A stretch of 59,144 nt of DNA, counting the filler, from Nitrospirota bacterium (GTDB lineage Bacteria; UBA2233), in assembly GCA_011620345.1 (NCBI GenBank). It is 7 parts of 7 records of this genome, joined end to end, with 100 filler letters (N's around TTAATTAATTAA, not from the genome) between each part and the next. Parts side by side here need not be neighbours in the genome. Positions count along the whole stretch, not along the records: positions 35,411 to 40,988 come from WOZJ01000043.1; positions 41,089 to 46,130 come from WOZJ01000065.1; positions 46,231 to 50,550 come from WOZJ01000026.1; 4 more parts are not named here. The stretch is one strand, 5' to 3'. The notes below the pieces were generated by a model that was not told where the DNA came from, did no database searches, and saw nothing but the letters and a program-made list of their open reading frames with translations. The position numbers and the translations under genes are program-made. Shown one piece after another: positions 37,670-46,442 of the stretch; position 1 is the first letter of the stretch; every line of letters starts with the position of its first letter.

Positions 37670-38683
37670 ATGAGCGAGGAAAGGCCCTTTCTTGCCGTTA
37701 CGATGGGCGATCCTGCGGGTGTCGGGCCGGAGATCGTGCTGAAGGCGCTTTCAAGGCCGAGCCCCTACGAAGTGGCGAGGCCCATCGTTATAGGCGATTT
37801 GGACGTGCTCGAGCGCGTGGCTCCGCTTGTAGGGTTTCAAGGTAGGGTGCAACCGCTCTTTGGGCCAAAAGGTTTTCAGGAAGGCGTGATCAACGTCCTT
37901 TCGCTTGGGCTGATGCATAACGACTATCTCTTCGGAAAGGTGCAGGCCGAATGCGGGCGGGCGGCGCTCGGCTACATTAAAAAAGCGATTGCGTTGGCCA
38001 TGGCCGGCGATGTAGGCGGGATCGTGACCGCCCCGATCAACAAGGAGGCGCTCCAGTTGGCCGGCTGCCCTCACCCGGGCCATACGGAACTCTTGGCGGA
38101 GTTGACGGGCGCCAAGGAGTTCGGCATGATGCTCGCCGGCAAGGACTTGCGAGCGATTCACCTCTCCACGCACGTTTCGCTCAGAGAGGCGATCGAATTG
38201 GTCAAAAAAGAGCGTGTGTTGGCCATGATCCGGCTTGCCAACCGCGCGATGATGGGTTTTGGCATTCACGCACCAAAGATCGCCGTGGCCGGCCTCAACC
38301 CGCATGCGGGCGAGGCAGGGATGTTTGGCCTCGAGGAGCGAGAGGAAATCCTGCCCGCGATCCTCGAGGCCAAAGAGGAAGGAATCTTGGCCGAGGGTCC
38401 CTTCCCGCCGGATACGGTCCTATTGCACGTCAAGGAAGGCCTGTTCGATATCGCACTTTGCCTCTACCACGACCAGGGTCACATCGCGTTGAAACTCTAC
38501 GATTTTAAAGGGTTCGTGAACGTAACCGTGGGGCTTCCGATCGTTCGAACCTCCGTCGACCACGGGACCGCGTTCGACAAGGCGGGGAAGGGGATTGCCG
38601 ACGATGCCAATTTGCTCCTGGCCATTGAATTGGCCGCCAAAATGGCGTCCGTGAGGCGTCAAGGCCCGTCAAGCAAACAATAG
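37670..38683 (+). CDS. pdxA: 4-hydroxythreonine-4-phosphate / D-threonate-4-phosphate dehydrogenase (PdxA family)
   Basis: TMGDPAGVGPEI, TAPINKE, GHTE, GLNPHAGE, YHDQGH, RTSVDHGTAFD. Confidence 0.93.
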   Translation: MSEERPFLAVTMGDPAGVGPEIVLKALSRPSPYEVARPIVIGDLDVLERVAPLVGFQGRVQPLFGPKGFQEGVINVLSLGLMHNDYLFGKVQAECGRAALGYIKKAIALAMAGDVGGIVTAPINKEALQLAGCPHPGHTELLAELTGAKEFGMMLAGKDLRAIHLSTHVSLREAIELVKKERVLAMIRLANRAMMGFGIHAPKIAVAGLNPHAGEAGMFGLEEREEILPAILEAKEEGILAEGPFPPDTVLLHVKEGLFDIALCLYHDQGHIALKLYDFKGFVNVTVGLPIVRTSVDHGTAFDKAGKGIADDANLLLAIELAAKMASVRRQGPSSKQ

Positions 38684-38734
38684 CCCCGGCAGGCGCCTTT
38701 TTGGGCCGATATCCTAAAAATTGCGCAAAAGAAG

Positions 38735-38766
38735 GCGCCCGGAAGCGAAATCCGCCATCCGGGCGC
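38735..38766 (-). terminator. Probable intrinsic terminator of fdh
   Basis: GCGCCCGGA...TCCGGGCGC stem, followed on the minus strand by CTTCTTTT. It lies between the convergent pdxA and fdh. Confidence 0.5.
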
Positions 38767-38792
38767 TTATTGCAAAGAGCAAGCCAGCCTTA

Positions 38793-39851
38793 TCAGTCCT
38801 CGTAGGCGTAGCTGTAGCTTAGCGAGGCCACCCTTCCGTTCTCGACGATAATGTAGTCTCTTTCGATCGGCTCCCCCTTAAAAAACGCCTCGAGACACAT
38901 GCGTATGCCAGAAGCATACCTGGCTTGGGCCTCGAGCGTCGTACCCGAGTAGTGCGGCGTCATCGCGTGGTTTGGCATGAAACGCCACGGGTGGTCCTTG
39001 GGCGCGGGCTGAGGGTACCACACATCGCCCGCGTAACCGGCAAGATGCCCTACCTTCAACGCTTCGAGGAGCGCGTCGGTGTCGACGATCCGGCCGCGGG
39101 CCGTGTTGACGAGGTAAGCACCTTTCTTCATGGCAAACAAACGCTCTTTATTGAACAGCCTGTCTGTTTTGGGCGTGAGCGGGCAGTTGATCGAGACGAT
39201 GTCCGAGCGACAAAGGAGCTCTTGAAGCGGCAGGTAGCGAGCCCCGAAGACGGTTTCTTCGGCACTCGTTGCGCGCCGAAAATCATAGTAAAAAAGTGTT
39301 ACGTCGAAGGGCTTGAGCCTTATGGCGACTCGTTGCCCGATTCTTCCGAACCCGACGATCCCTATCGCCTTGCCTTCGATGTCGTGCGCCCTGGAAGCGA
39401 TGCCCGCGATGTCCCAACCGCCTTCCACGACGTTTTTGTAAGCGGGTACGAAGTTCCGGGCGAGCACAAGGATCTGCATCACGACGTGCTCGGCGACGCT
39501 CACGACGTTGGAGCCGGTGATCTCTGCGACCGTAATGCCCTTTTCGGCCGCGGCCTTAAGGTCGATATGGTCCGAGCCGACGCCCGCCGTGAGGATCAAC
39601 TTAAGGTTCTTGGCCTTATCGATCCGCTCTTTCGTGATGTAAGCGGGCCAAAAAGGCGTCGTGATGGCGACATCCGCCGTAAGGATTGCATCATCCAGCG
39701 CCTTTTCTTTGTCGGACAAAACGGCATACTCATGGCCCTGGCCCTCTAAGAATTCCCTAAGACCAAGCGCATTCTCGACGCAACCCAGTAGCTCCGGGTT
39801 TGCCTTGGCAATTTTTTCTCCGGCAGGGTACAACACCGCGACAATTTTCAT
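38793..39851 (-). CDS. fdh: NAD-dependent (metal-independent) formate dehydrogenase
   Basis: LGCVENALGLR, TPFWPAY, TAGVGSDH, GSNVVSVAEH, NTARG, YAGDVWYPQPAP.DHPWR.MP, TPHYSGTTL.AQ.RYA.G. Confidence 0.95.
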   Translation of the reverse strand: MKIVAVLYPAGEKIAKANPELLGCVENALGLREFLEGQGHEYAVLSDKEKALDDAILTADVAITTPFWPAYITKERIDKAKNLKLILTAGVGSDHIDLKAAAEKGITVAEITGSNVVSVAEHVVMQILVLARNFVPAYKNVVEGGWDIAGIASRAHDIEGKAIGIVGFGRIGQRVAIRLKPFDVTLFYYDFRRATSAEETVFGARYLPLQELLCRSDIVSINCPLTPKTDRLFNKERLFAMKKGAYLVNTARGRIVDTDALLEALKVGHLAGYAGDVWYPQPAPKDHPWRFMPNHAMTPHYSGTTLEAQARYASGIRMCLEAFFKGEPIERDYIIVENGRVASLSYSYAYED

Positions 39852-40117
39852 GGGGTCTCCTTGTGGATTGGCGAGGGTTCCATGGGGCATAACAAACCTG
39901 CCGATATTTTAGCATCCTCGTTTTTTTGTTCAACATTGCTTGGATAGTATGATGGGCATAATAAAGCAACCATCAAAGGCTTTGTGTTGATGAAGAATCG
40001 CCCGAAGGCACTCTTGGCCTCCCTTTTGTCATTCCGTATTCGGGTTTTTGCGCTCGTTTTGGTTGGGATGCTGCTGCGGCCCCTGGTGGTAGCCTTAAGC
40101 CAAGAAGACTGGGCTGA

Positions 40118-40988
40118 ATGATCTTTTCTTTGCCCGTAGGAACGCTTCTCATCCTTGTCTCCACGGTACTCTGGGGCTCGACGTTCGTCGTCATCAAAAG
40201 CGCCCTTGGCCAAGCAGGCCCGTTGGAGCTGGTCTTTTTTCGTTCGGCGATCGCTGTGCTTGTGGCAGCCCCTTTCTTACGCTGGACAGACCCTAAGGCC
40301 TTGCGTGCGGGGCTGGAGCTGGGCGTTTGGATGGGGATGGGGCATATCCTGCAAACAGTTGGGCTCATGCACACTACAACCAACAAAAGCGCATTTCTCA
40401 CGGCGCTCTACGTCCTTTTCGTGCCCATAATGAACGTGCTGTGGGGCAAAAAGGTCTACGTCGCCGTATGGTGTTGCGCCGGCCTGGCACTTCTAGGAAC
40501 AGGGCTTTTGGCATACGAGCATACGCCGCCAAACCGGGGGGATGTGCTTACCATCCTGAGCGCTACGATGTATGCGTTGTACATGGTACGAATGGAAACT
40601 CTTTGCCACGCTGGGCGCAGTATCGACCTGGCAGGGTTTCAGGCGCTCGGGGCGGCATTGTGCGCGCTCGCTTTTGGGTTGCGTGTGACGCCTTCTTTGG
40701 CGAGCGTCCCTTGGGGTGCATCTTTATACCTAGGCGTCGTAATCGGCCTTGGATGTGTTCTGCTTCAAACCGAAGGCCAAAAACGCGTTCCTGCGGCAAA
40801 AGCGGCCATCCTTTTTGCCGCAGAGCCCGTCTGGGCGAGCGCGTTTGCTTACGCCTTTCAAGGCGAGAGGCTTGGATGGCGTGGTCTTATTGGCGCTTTT
40901 TTGATTGTCTTTGCCGTTGCGCTCGTAGGGGTCTTGAGCTCCAAAAGGTCCCTGCCCGGCGCCTCTGGGGATCGATTTGCGCCTATTG
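40118..40988 (+). CDS. DMT/EamA family transporter (3' end truncated by gap)
   Basis: WGSTF..IK, QTVGL..TT..KSAFLT.LYV.FVP, GD.L, EPVWA. Confidence 0.9.
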
Positions 40989-41088
40989 NNNNNNNNNNNN
41001 NNNNNNNNNNNNNNNNNNNNNNNNNNNNNNNNTTAATTAATTAANNNNNNNNNNNNNNNNNNNNNNNNNNNNNNNNNNNNNNNNNNNN

Positions 41089-41118
41089 CCTCTCCACAGG
41101 CTGACACCGTGGAACTCA
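41089..41118. mobile_element. Possible IS200/IS605-type terminal hairpin at the contig edge
   Basis: TCCAC(A)GG-CTGACA-CCGTGGA resembles the CCACGGCTGAAGCCGTGG subterminal hairpins and sits at an assembly break. Confidence 0.3.
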
Positions 41119-41205
41119 CGGCCAGGTTTCTCAAGTCCATATTCTATATGAATGCGCCAAAATAAGCAACTACACCAGAAACTGCGAATTGCCTCAAATT
41201 AAATG

Positions 41206-41562
41206 TTACCCTTCTTCGGGCGGCGTAACCGCCGGGGTTCCTGGAGCCTTGACTGATTCCTTCTCGCGTTTTGTCAGGTTTCTCTCCTTGAATTTTAACA
41301 GTTGCCGTTCAAGCGTATCTGCTAGGAGGTCAACCGCCGCCGAAAGGGTTTCGGCGTTTTCTTCCGCCCTAAACGTCCCATGCGGTGCGTTTACAAGCGC
41401 TTTGGCAATGTGGTTCTGTTTTTGTTCCTCGAGCGTAATCTCGACAACGGAGGCTTCCTCTAAATAACGATGGAGCTTGCGGAATCTTTTCTCTACGTAA
41501 TCCTTTAGGCGGTCCTTCGCATTTTCGTTGGCGAGCTGACGAAACTGTACTGCAATTTCCAT
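41206..41562 (-). CDS. hpf: Ribosome hibernation promoting factor (HPF/RaiA, short form)
   Basis: 'LKDYVEKRF.KL..Y', 'AAVD..AD.LERQL.K.KE'. Follows rpoN. Confidence 0.92.
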   Translation of the reverse strand: MEIAVQFRQLANENAKDRLKDYVEKRFRKLHRYLEEASVVEITLEEQKQNHIAKALVNAPHGTFRAEENAETLSAAVDLLADTLERQLLKFKERNLTKREKESVKAPGTPAVTPPEEG

Positions 41563-41580
41563 GTTCGAGCCTCCATTGGC

Positions 41581-42963
41581 TTAGTCTTTCCTCGATGAAG
41601 ATGCGCGCAATCCCATCTCTTTGCGATATTTTGCGATCGTTCTCCTTGCTACCGTTATCCCCTTGGTCTCCAAGAGCCGCTCGGCGATGACAATATCCGA
41701 GAGGGGGCGGTTTTTGGGCTCATGATGCACGATCTCCCAGATCAACGCCTTGAGCGTTTTTGCCGCAACGCCGGCCCCGTCTCTCTCTGGCAACGCATGC
41801 GAGAAGAAGGCCTTGAGCGCGACGAGCCCCTGTGGCGTTTGGGCATACTTGCCGGCAATTGCCCGGGAAACCGTAGATTCGTGGATGCCGACCTCCAAGG
41901 CGACATCCTTGAGCATGAGCGGCTTGAGGCCCTCTAGTCCAAAGTCCAAAAAGTCTCGTTGAAGGCGGGCGAGTACCGTGGCGACCTTATAGAGCGTCGT
42001 TTCTCGCTGCTGTACGCTCCTTGCAAACCACAACGCCGAACTGACCCGCTTTCTAAGGTAGCCTACCGCCTCCCTATCGAGCGTGTCCGGGTTTGCCAAA
42101 AGACCACGATAGGAGGGGCTGATACGGAGCCTTGTGCTGAACGGGCGGTTGATCGTGACGATATAATCTTGCCCTAACTTTGTCATGACGACGTCGGGGA
42201 AGACGAGAGAAACTTTCGAGGGTTCGATTCGTTTGGCCGGGGCAGGGTCGAGCTTTGCAATCAACGCAAGCGAGCGTCTGGCCTCGTCTTCATCCACGCC
42301 AAACTTACGAGCGATCAGCTTTGGGTCGGGCTTTTTGATGTCCTCGTGGTGCTCCAAAACGAGCCTGTCCGCAAGCGTGCCCTCGAGCCCCATTTCTGTG
42401 AGTTGGATATGCAGGCAATCTTTTAAGTCTTTTGCGAAAATGCCGGAAGGCTCAAGCTTCTGGAGGGCTTCCAGAACGCCCTCCGCCCTTTCTAGGGGCA
42501 TCCCCGCCTCACTTGCCGCTTCTTCAAGAGGGATACCAAGGTAGCCCCTCTCGTCCAAATTGCCTGCCAGGATCTCCGCGAACCGTGCTTCTTCCTCGGA
42601 GAATCCGAGCGAATGGATCTGGAACGTGAGGTATTCGAGCAAAGAGGGCTCCGAAGGCTGCTCTGGCCTTGCAGAAGCTTCCGGCTCGTACAGGTGGAAG
42701 GATGCTTCCGGAAGGTCGTTGGAAAAAAGGTAATCCATGAACTCCCGGAGCTCTCCCCGGTCTTGAGCATCTTGGGCCTTTTCTTGGCCCTCTTCGGGAA
42801 GGGCAAGCTCAAGCACGGGGTTGGCAAGCACCTCCGCCTCGATGCGCTCCTCCAGCTCCAGGCTCGTCATTTTGAGGAGCTTGAGGGCGAGCTCGAGCCT
42901 CGGAGTCAAGCTTAGACGGGTCGTTAGTTTCGTTTCTGTCGAGAGCTTCAATTTTAACCCCAT
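41581..42963 (-). CDS. rpoN: RNA polymerase sigma-54 factor
   Basis: LDERGYL, LEPSGIFA, HESTVSR, RpoN box ARRTIAKYR. Confidence 0.97.
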   Translation of the reverse strand: MGLKLKLSTETKLTTRLSLTPRLELALKLLKMTSLELEERIEAEVLANPVLELALPEEGQEKAQDAQDRGELREFMDYLFSNDLPEASFHLYEPEASARPEQPSEPSLLEYLTFQIHSLGFSEEEARFAEILAGNLDERGYLGIPLEEAASEAGMPLERAEGVLEALQKLEPSGIFAKDLKDCLHIQLTEMGLEGTLADRLVLEHHEDIKKPDPKLIARKFGVDEDEARRSLALIAKLDPAPAKRIEPSKVSLVFPDVVMTKLGQDYIVTINRPFSTRLRISPSYRGLLANPDTLDREAVGYLRKRVSSALWFARSVQQRETTLYKVATVLARLQRDFLDFGLEGLKPLMLKDVALEVGIHESTVSRAIAGKYAQTPQGLVALKAFFSHALPERDGAGVAAKTLKALIWEIVHHEPKNRPLSDIVIAERLLETKGITVARRTIAKYRKEMGLRASSSRKD

Positions 42964-42966
42964 GGC

Positions 42967-43704
42967 TTACAAGGCGAAATCTTCCCCTAAGTAAAGCCTT
43001 CTTGCCTGCTCGCTCGCCAAGATTTGCTTGTCGGTCCCTTCTTCCAGAATCTTTCCGTCGTACAGGATGTAGGCCCTGTCGCAAATGGCAAGCGTTTCGC
43101 GGACGTTGTGGTCCGTAATGAGGATCCCGATGTCCTTGGCCTTGAGCCGCCTGATGATCCCTTGCAAGTCCTGGATGGTAATCGGGTCGATGCCGGTAAA
43201 CGGCTCGTCCATCAAAAGGAACAACGGTTCAATGCACAGGGCTCTAGCAATCTCCAGCCTCCTGCGCTCGCCGCCCGAGAGCGAATAAGCCTTTTGGCCG
43301 GCGAGCCGGCCGATCTGGAGCTCGTCCAAGGAGCGTTCGGCCCTAGAGAGCCGTTCTTTGCGATTCAGGGGCTGGAACTCGAGGACGGCCAGGAGGTTCT
43401 CGAAAACCGTCAAGTTGGTGAACACTGAAGGCTCCTGGGGAAGGTAGACGATCCCTTTCTTCGATCGCTCCAGAAGCGATGCAGACGAGATGTCCTGGTC
43501 GTCTAGGAATACGCTCCTCGAGGGGTTTTTCAAAAGCCCCGTGACCATGTGGAACGTGGTCGTTTTTCCGGCTCCGTTCGGTCCTAAAAGCCCCACCACC
43601 TCGCCCCGTTGGACATGGAGGGAGACACCCCTTAAAATATGGCGTTTTCCGTAGTTTTTGTTGAGATCGTGGGCATGAAGCCGTTTCGCCGTTTTTGTGT
43701 TCAT
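42967..43704 (-). CDS. lptB: LPS export ABC transporter ATPase
   Basis: GLLGPNGAGKTT, YLPQEPSVF, LSGGERRR, DEPF.GIDP, ITDHNVRETL, YLG. Confidence 0.97.
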   Translation of the reverse strand: MNTKTAKRLHAHDLNKNYGKRHILRGVSLHVQRGEVVGLLGPNGAGKTTTFHMVTGLLKNPSRSVFLDDQDISSASLLERSKKGIVYLPQEPSVFTNLTVFENLLAVLEFQPLNRKERLSRAERSLDELQIGRLAGQKAYSLSGGERRRLEIARALCIEPLFLLMDEPFTGIDPITIQDLQGIIRRLKAKDIGILITDHNVRETLAICDRAYILYDGKILEEGTDKQILASEQARRLYLGEDFAL

Positions 43705-43720
43705 GGCGTACTTCTAAACA

Positions 43721-44209
43721 TTAGGGTGTTCGAGTGGATTCCTGGAAGAGCTTGATGTTTACCTTCTCGTCGCCGTCGCTCAAGACCTTCATCCGGTTGG
43801 TTAAAAAATCTACGAGAATTTTGCTACCCATAAGGGAGCTCTTTCCTTTGAACAACACAGGCTCTTCTTCGAAGATCATTTGGCGTGTCGAAGGGAAGAA
43901 CGTCGCCTTGCCGCATTTGACCACCATATTCTGGTAGACAACCTTCACGTTCCCCGCTGCCAGAATTTTCGACACCGACTGCGTCTTCGGGTCGAGAAAG
44001 GCCTTTAGGCTGTCGCAGACCATGACGATATCTCCGTAGACGGCCTGCACGTCGCCTTGGTAGGCCATGACGCTTTGGTTTCGATCAAACGTTAGGGAGT
44101 TGCCCTGGATGGTGATCGGCCCTTCATCTTGCCGCATGCCCATCTCTTTGGCCGCTAGGGGGGCCGTCAAGATAAGCAAAGCAAGCAAGGCCGCCCAAAG
44201 GCTCCTCAT
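43721..44209 (-). CDS. lptA: LPS transport periplasmic protein LptA/OstA
   Basis: Signal peptide, 'PITI', 'GDVQA', 'A.GNV'. Lies between lptC and lptB. Confidence 0.85.
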   Translation of the reverse strand: MRSLWAALLALLILTAPLAAKEMGMRQDEGPITIQGNSLTFDRNQSVMAYQGDVQAVYGDIVMVCDSLKAFLDPKTQSVSKILAAGNVKVVYQNMVVKCGKATFFPSTRQMIFEEEPVLFKGKSSLMGSKILVDFLTNRMKVLSDGDEKVNIKLFQESTRTP

Positions 44210-44826
44210 CGCTTCTTTGCTCCTTTTGAAAGCTTGCCAGGTTCTAGGCGCGTTCTTGGGGTTCCGCCAAGCTTTAGGTTCTGGTTCCCCTGTAAGCTTG
44301 CTTCCAGCCCCTTGCCTTCTAGCCAAGTTCCAGGGCCCTTGATTTGTACCGTGTCTTGCGTGGTAAGGCGACGGCTTTCCGGGGTAAACGTAAGGGAGTC
44401 GGTTGTTAGTAAAAAGTCGTTTGGAAGGTACGCTTTTGTGTTGCCCCATAGGGTGATTTTAAGCGGTTGGCCAAAATCTTTTGCAAAAAGAATCCGGCCC
44501 TTGTCGGCTTCAAGCACGAATACTTTTCCATCCGGGGTTGTCAGGTGAAGCCGAATGCCCGTAAGGTCTGTTTTTGCGCTGTTTCTAAGGAGCGAGGCCT
44601 CTTTCGCTTCGAGCTCCCAGGCGTTTCCTTGTTTGTCGTAAAAGGCGTGCCGAAATGTCCGGAACAAAACCGCCGGCCGCTCTGGCTTGAGCAGAGGTTC
44701 GGTGTTAGGTTTTGAGAGTTCCACGCTTGCCTTGAGCGCGCTGCCTGGCAGGGCAATGTAGGCGCTAAGCGCAAGAAAGCTCCCGATGAACGCCGCAAAC
44801 AAAAAGACGTAGCGCATAGCCCTCAA
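44206..44826 (-). CDS. lptC: LPS export periplasmic protein LptC
   Basis: Single N-terminal TM, beta-jellyroll motifs 'W.L.A..A', 'L.TDSL', 'G.GL', and synteny. Confidence 0.75.
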   Translation of the reverse strand: MRAMRYVFLFAAFIGSFLALSAYIALPGSALKASVELSKPNTEPLLKPERPAVLFRTFRHAFYDKQGNAWELEAKEASLLRNSAKTDLTGIRLHLTTPDGKVFVLEADKGRILFAKDFGQPLKITLWGNTKAYLPNDFLLTTDSLTFTPESRRLTTQDTVQIKGPGTWLEGKGLEASLQGNQNLKLGGTPRTRLEPGKLSKGAKKR

Positions 44827-45815
44827 GCCCTTTGCCGTGCGTTCGGTTTGAGAATGTCGTGCATATGAACGATTCCGACGAGAAAGCCGGGTTCGTTCGT
44901 GACGCAGAGCGCCGTAATGGCGTGCTGCTCCATCTTTTCCAGCGCTTCAAGTGCTAAGGCGTCCTCGAGGACTCTTTTGGGGTTGGGTGTCATAATTTCG
45001 CGAGCCAGCCTTTCCCAGATTCTTTTGTCGCTTTGAATCGCGCGGCGCAGGTCCCCGTCCGTAATGATTCCCACGAGCCTATTTTTGGCATCCAAGACGG
45101 CGGTGACGCCGAGGCCCTTCGAAGATATTTCGAGGATTGCCTCGGCCATGGGGGTACCTTCGGAAACCTTGGGGAGTGCCTCCCTTGCGTGCATTAAATC
45201 CTTGACGCGCAGATGCAGCTTGTGCCCGAGCGCGCCGGAAGGGTGCCTTAGGGCAAAGTCTTCTTTTTGGAAGCCCTTGAGGGTGGCAAGACAAAGCGCA
45301 AGGGCATCGCCCACGGCCAAGAAGGCCGTTGTCGAGCAGGTTGGGGCGAGCCTAAGCGGCGGGGCCTCCGTCTCTACGGGCAAGACGAGCGTGAAATCTG
45401 CGCCTTGAGCGAGGCTCGAGCCTGCCTTGGTCGTAAAGGCCAGTACTTTGACGTCCATCCTCTTGATGAAGGGCAGAAGCAAGACGAGTTCTTCGGTTTC
45501 TCCGCTTGCCGAAAAAAGAAGGACGACGTCGCTTGCGCTGATCATACCCAGGTCTCCGTGGAGGGCATCGAGGACATCCAGGCAGAAGCTCTCGGAGCCC
45601 AAGCTGGCCAGCGTTGAGGCGATCTTTTTGGCGATCAGGCCGGATTTTCCGACACCCGCCGTGACGATCTTGCCTTTGCACCTGGCGAGCTCCATCACGG
45701 CACGCTCGAAGTCTTCTTTGAGAGATTCGCCGACCTTAAGCAGCGTCCTTCCCTCCAAGGTGACGATTTCGCGGCCAAGGGCTACGAGAGAGCCGTCTGA
45801 AATCTGCTGTTCCAT
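44823..45815 (-). CDS. kdsD: Arabinose-5-phosphate isomerase (KpsF/GutQ, SIS + 2 CBS)
   Basis: GVGKSG, HGDLG, SASGETEE, APTCSTT, GDALA, HPSGALG, TDGDLRR. Confidence 0.95.
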   Translation of the reverse strand: MEQQISDGSLVALGREIVTLEGRTLLKVGESLKEDFERAVMELARCKGKIVTAGVGKSGLIAKKIASTLASLGSESFCLDVLDALHGDLGMISASDVVLLFSASGETEELVLLLPFIKRMDVKVLAFTTKAGSSLAQGADFTLVLPVETEAPPLRLAPTCSTTAFLAVGDALALCLATLKGFQKEDFALRHPSGALGHKLHLRVKDLMHAREALPKVSEGTPMAEAILEISSKGLGVTAVLDAKNRLVGIITDGDLRRAIQSDKRIWERLAREIMTPNPKRVLEDALALEALEKMEQHAITALCVTNEPGFLVGIVHMHDILKPNARQRA

Positions 45816-45853
45816 CCCTTTTTAGCCTCTAAATCCGCTATTCTCAGGTCTTT

Positions 45854-45862
45854 ATTCTAGCA
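45854..45862 (-). promoter_or_regulatory. Extended -10 (TGcTAGAAT) of the kdsD-lpt-rpoN operon
   Basis: TGn + TAGAAT on the minus strand, about 40 nt upstream of the kdsD start. Confidence 0.45.
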
Positions 45863-45901
45863 TGGATACAGAACCGGGATAAAGGCAGGCACTAAACCGC
45901 C

Positions 45902-46031
45902 CGATAGCCCAAGGCTTTCCAGGCCCGTCAGCGGAGGGCGCGGCCTTACACGCGGGGCGAGTTTGTCCCGCTATCGTGGGGGATGAAGGAATACTCGATA
46001 GCCGGGCCTTTCCAGGCCCGGCAGGGAGGCG
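45902..46031. repeat. Imperfect direct repeat (2 copies, ~36-39 nt) with GC hairpin
   Basis: CGATAGCC..CTTTCCAGGCCCG.CAG.GAGG.G at 45902-45940 and 45996-46031. Copy 2 forms GCCGGGCCT-TTCC-AGGCCCGGC. Confidence 0.6.
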
Positions 46032-46363
46032 ATGCCATGCAAATGCGGGTTATGTTTGGCCCGTGCATCGGAAGCGGGCGCGATTGTCTCGCCTATCAGA
46101 GGGGATATATTCTAACAATCAAGCCCAAGCNNNNNNNNNNNNNNNNNNNNNNNNNNNNNNNNNNNNNNNNNNNNTTAATTAATTAANNNNNNNNNNNNNN
46201 NNNNNNNNNNNNNNNNNNNNNNNNNNNNNNGTACATTTCATTTGGCTTTTTTGTTATTTACTACAAATCGGGCCATACGGAAACTGTTCACCCAGCTTTC
46301 TGACGTTCAATGAGAGGCAAATAGGAACAAGTTTTGTTTGTTGCGCTGCAATTTTCATCCTCC

Positions 46364-46392
46364 TTGAAATGAGGCTGCTCCGTTGGCATAAT
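46364..46392 (+). promoter_or_regulatory. Sigma70-type promoter of the NSS operon
   Basis: TTGAAA-N17-CATAAT with TGn extension, about 50 nt before the NSS ATG. Confidence 0.55.
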
Positions 46393-46442
46393 AGACCGGC
46401 GTGGGATGTTTTGTTGCTTAAAGCCTTTGGAGGACAATACCA

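Noticed and set aside
38925-39749. Long antisense ORFs (274 aa here; also 9765-10559, 21769-22440, 56163-56843, 57282-57965, 31295-31906)
   Set aside because: They are shadow frames opposite well-supported genes, with no motifs or RBS. This is expected at this GC content.
45902-46031. Tandem glycine riboswitch or mini-CRISPR
   Set aside because: The GGAGA/CCGAAG core is missing, there are only two degenerate copies, and there are no cas genes.
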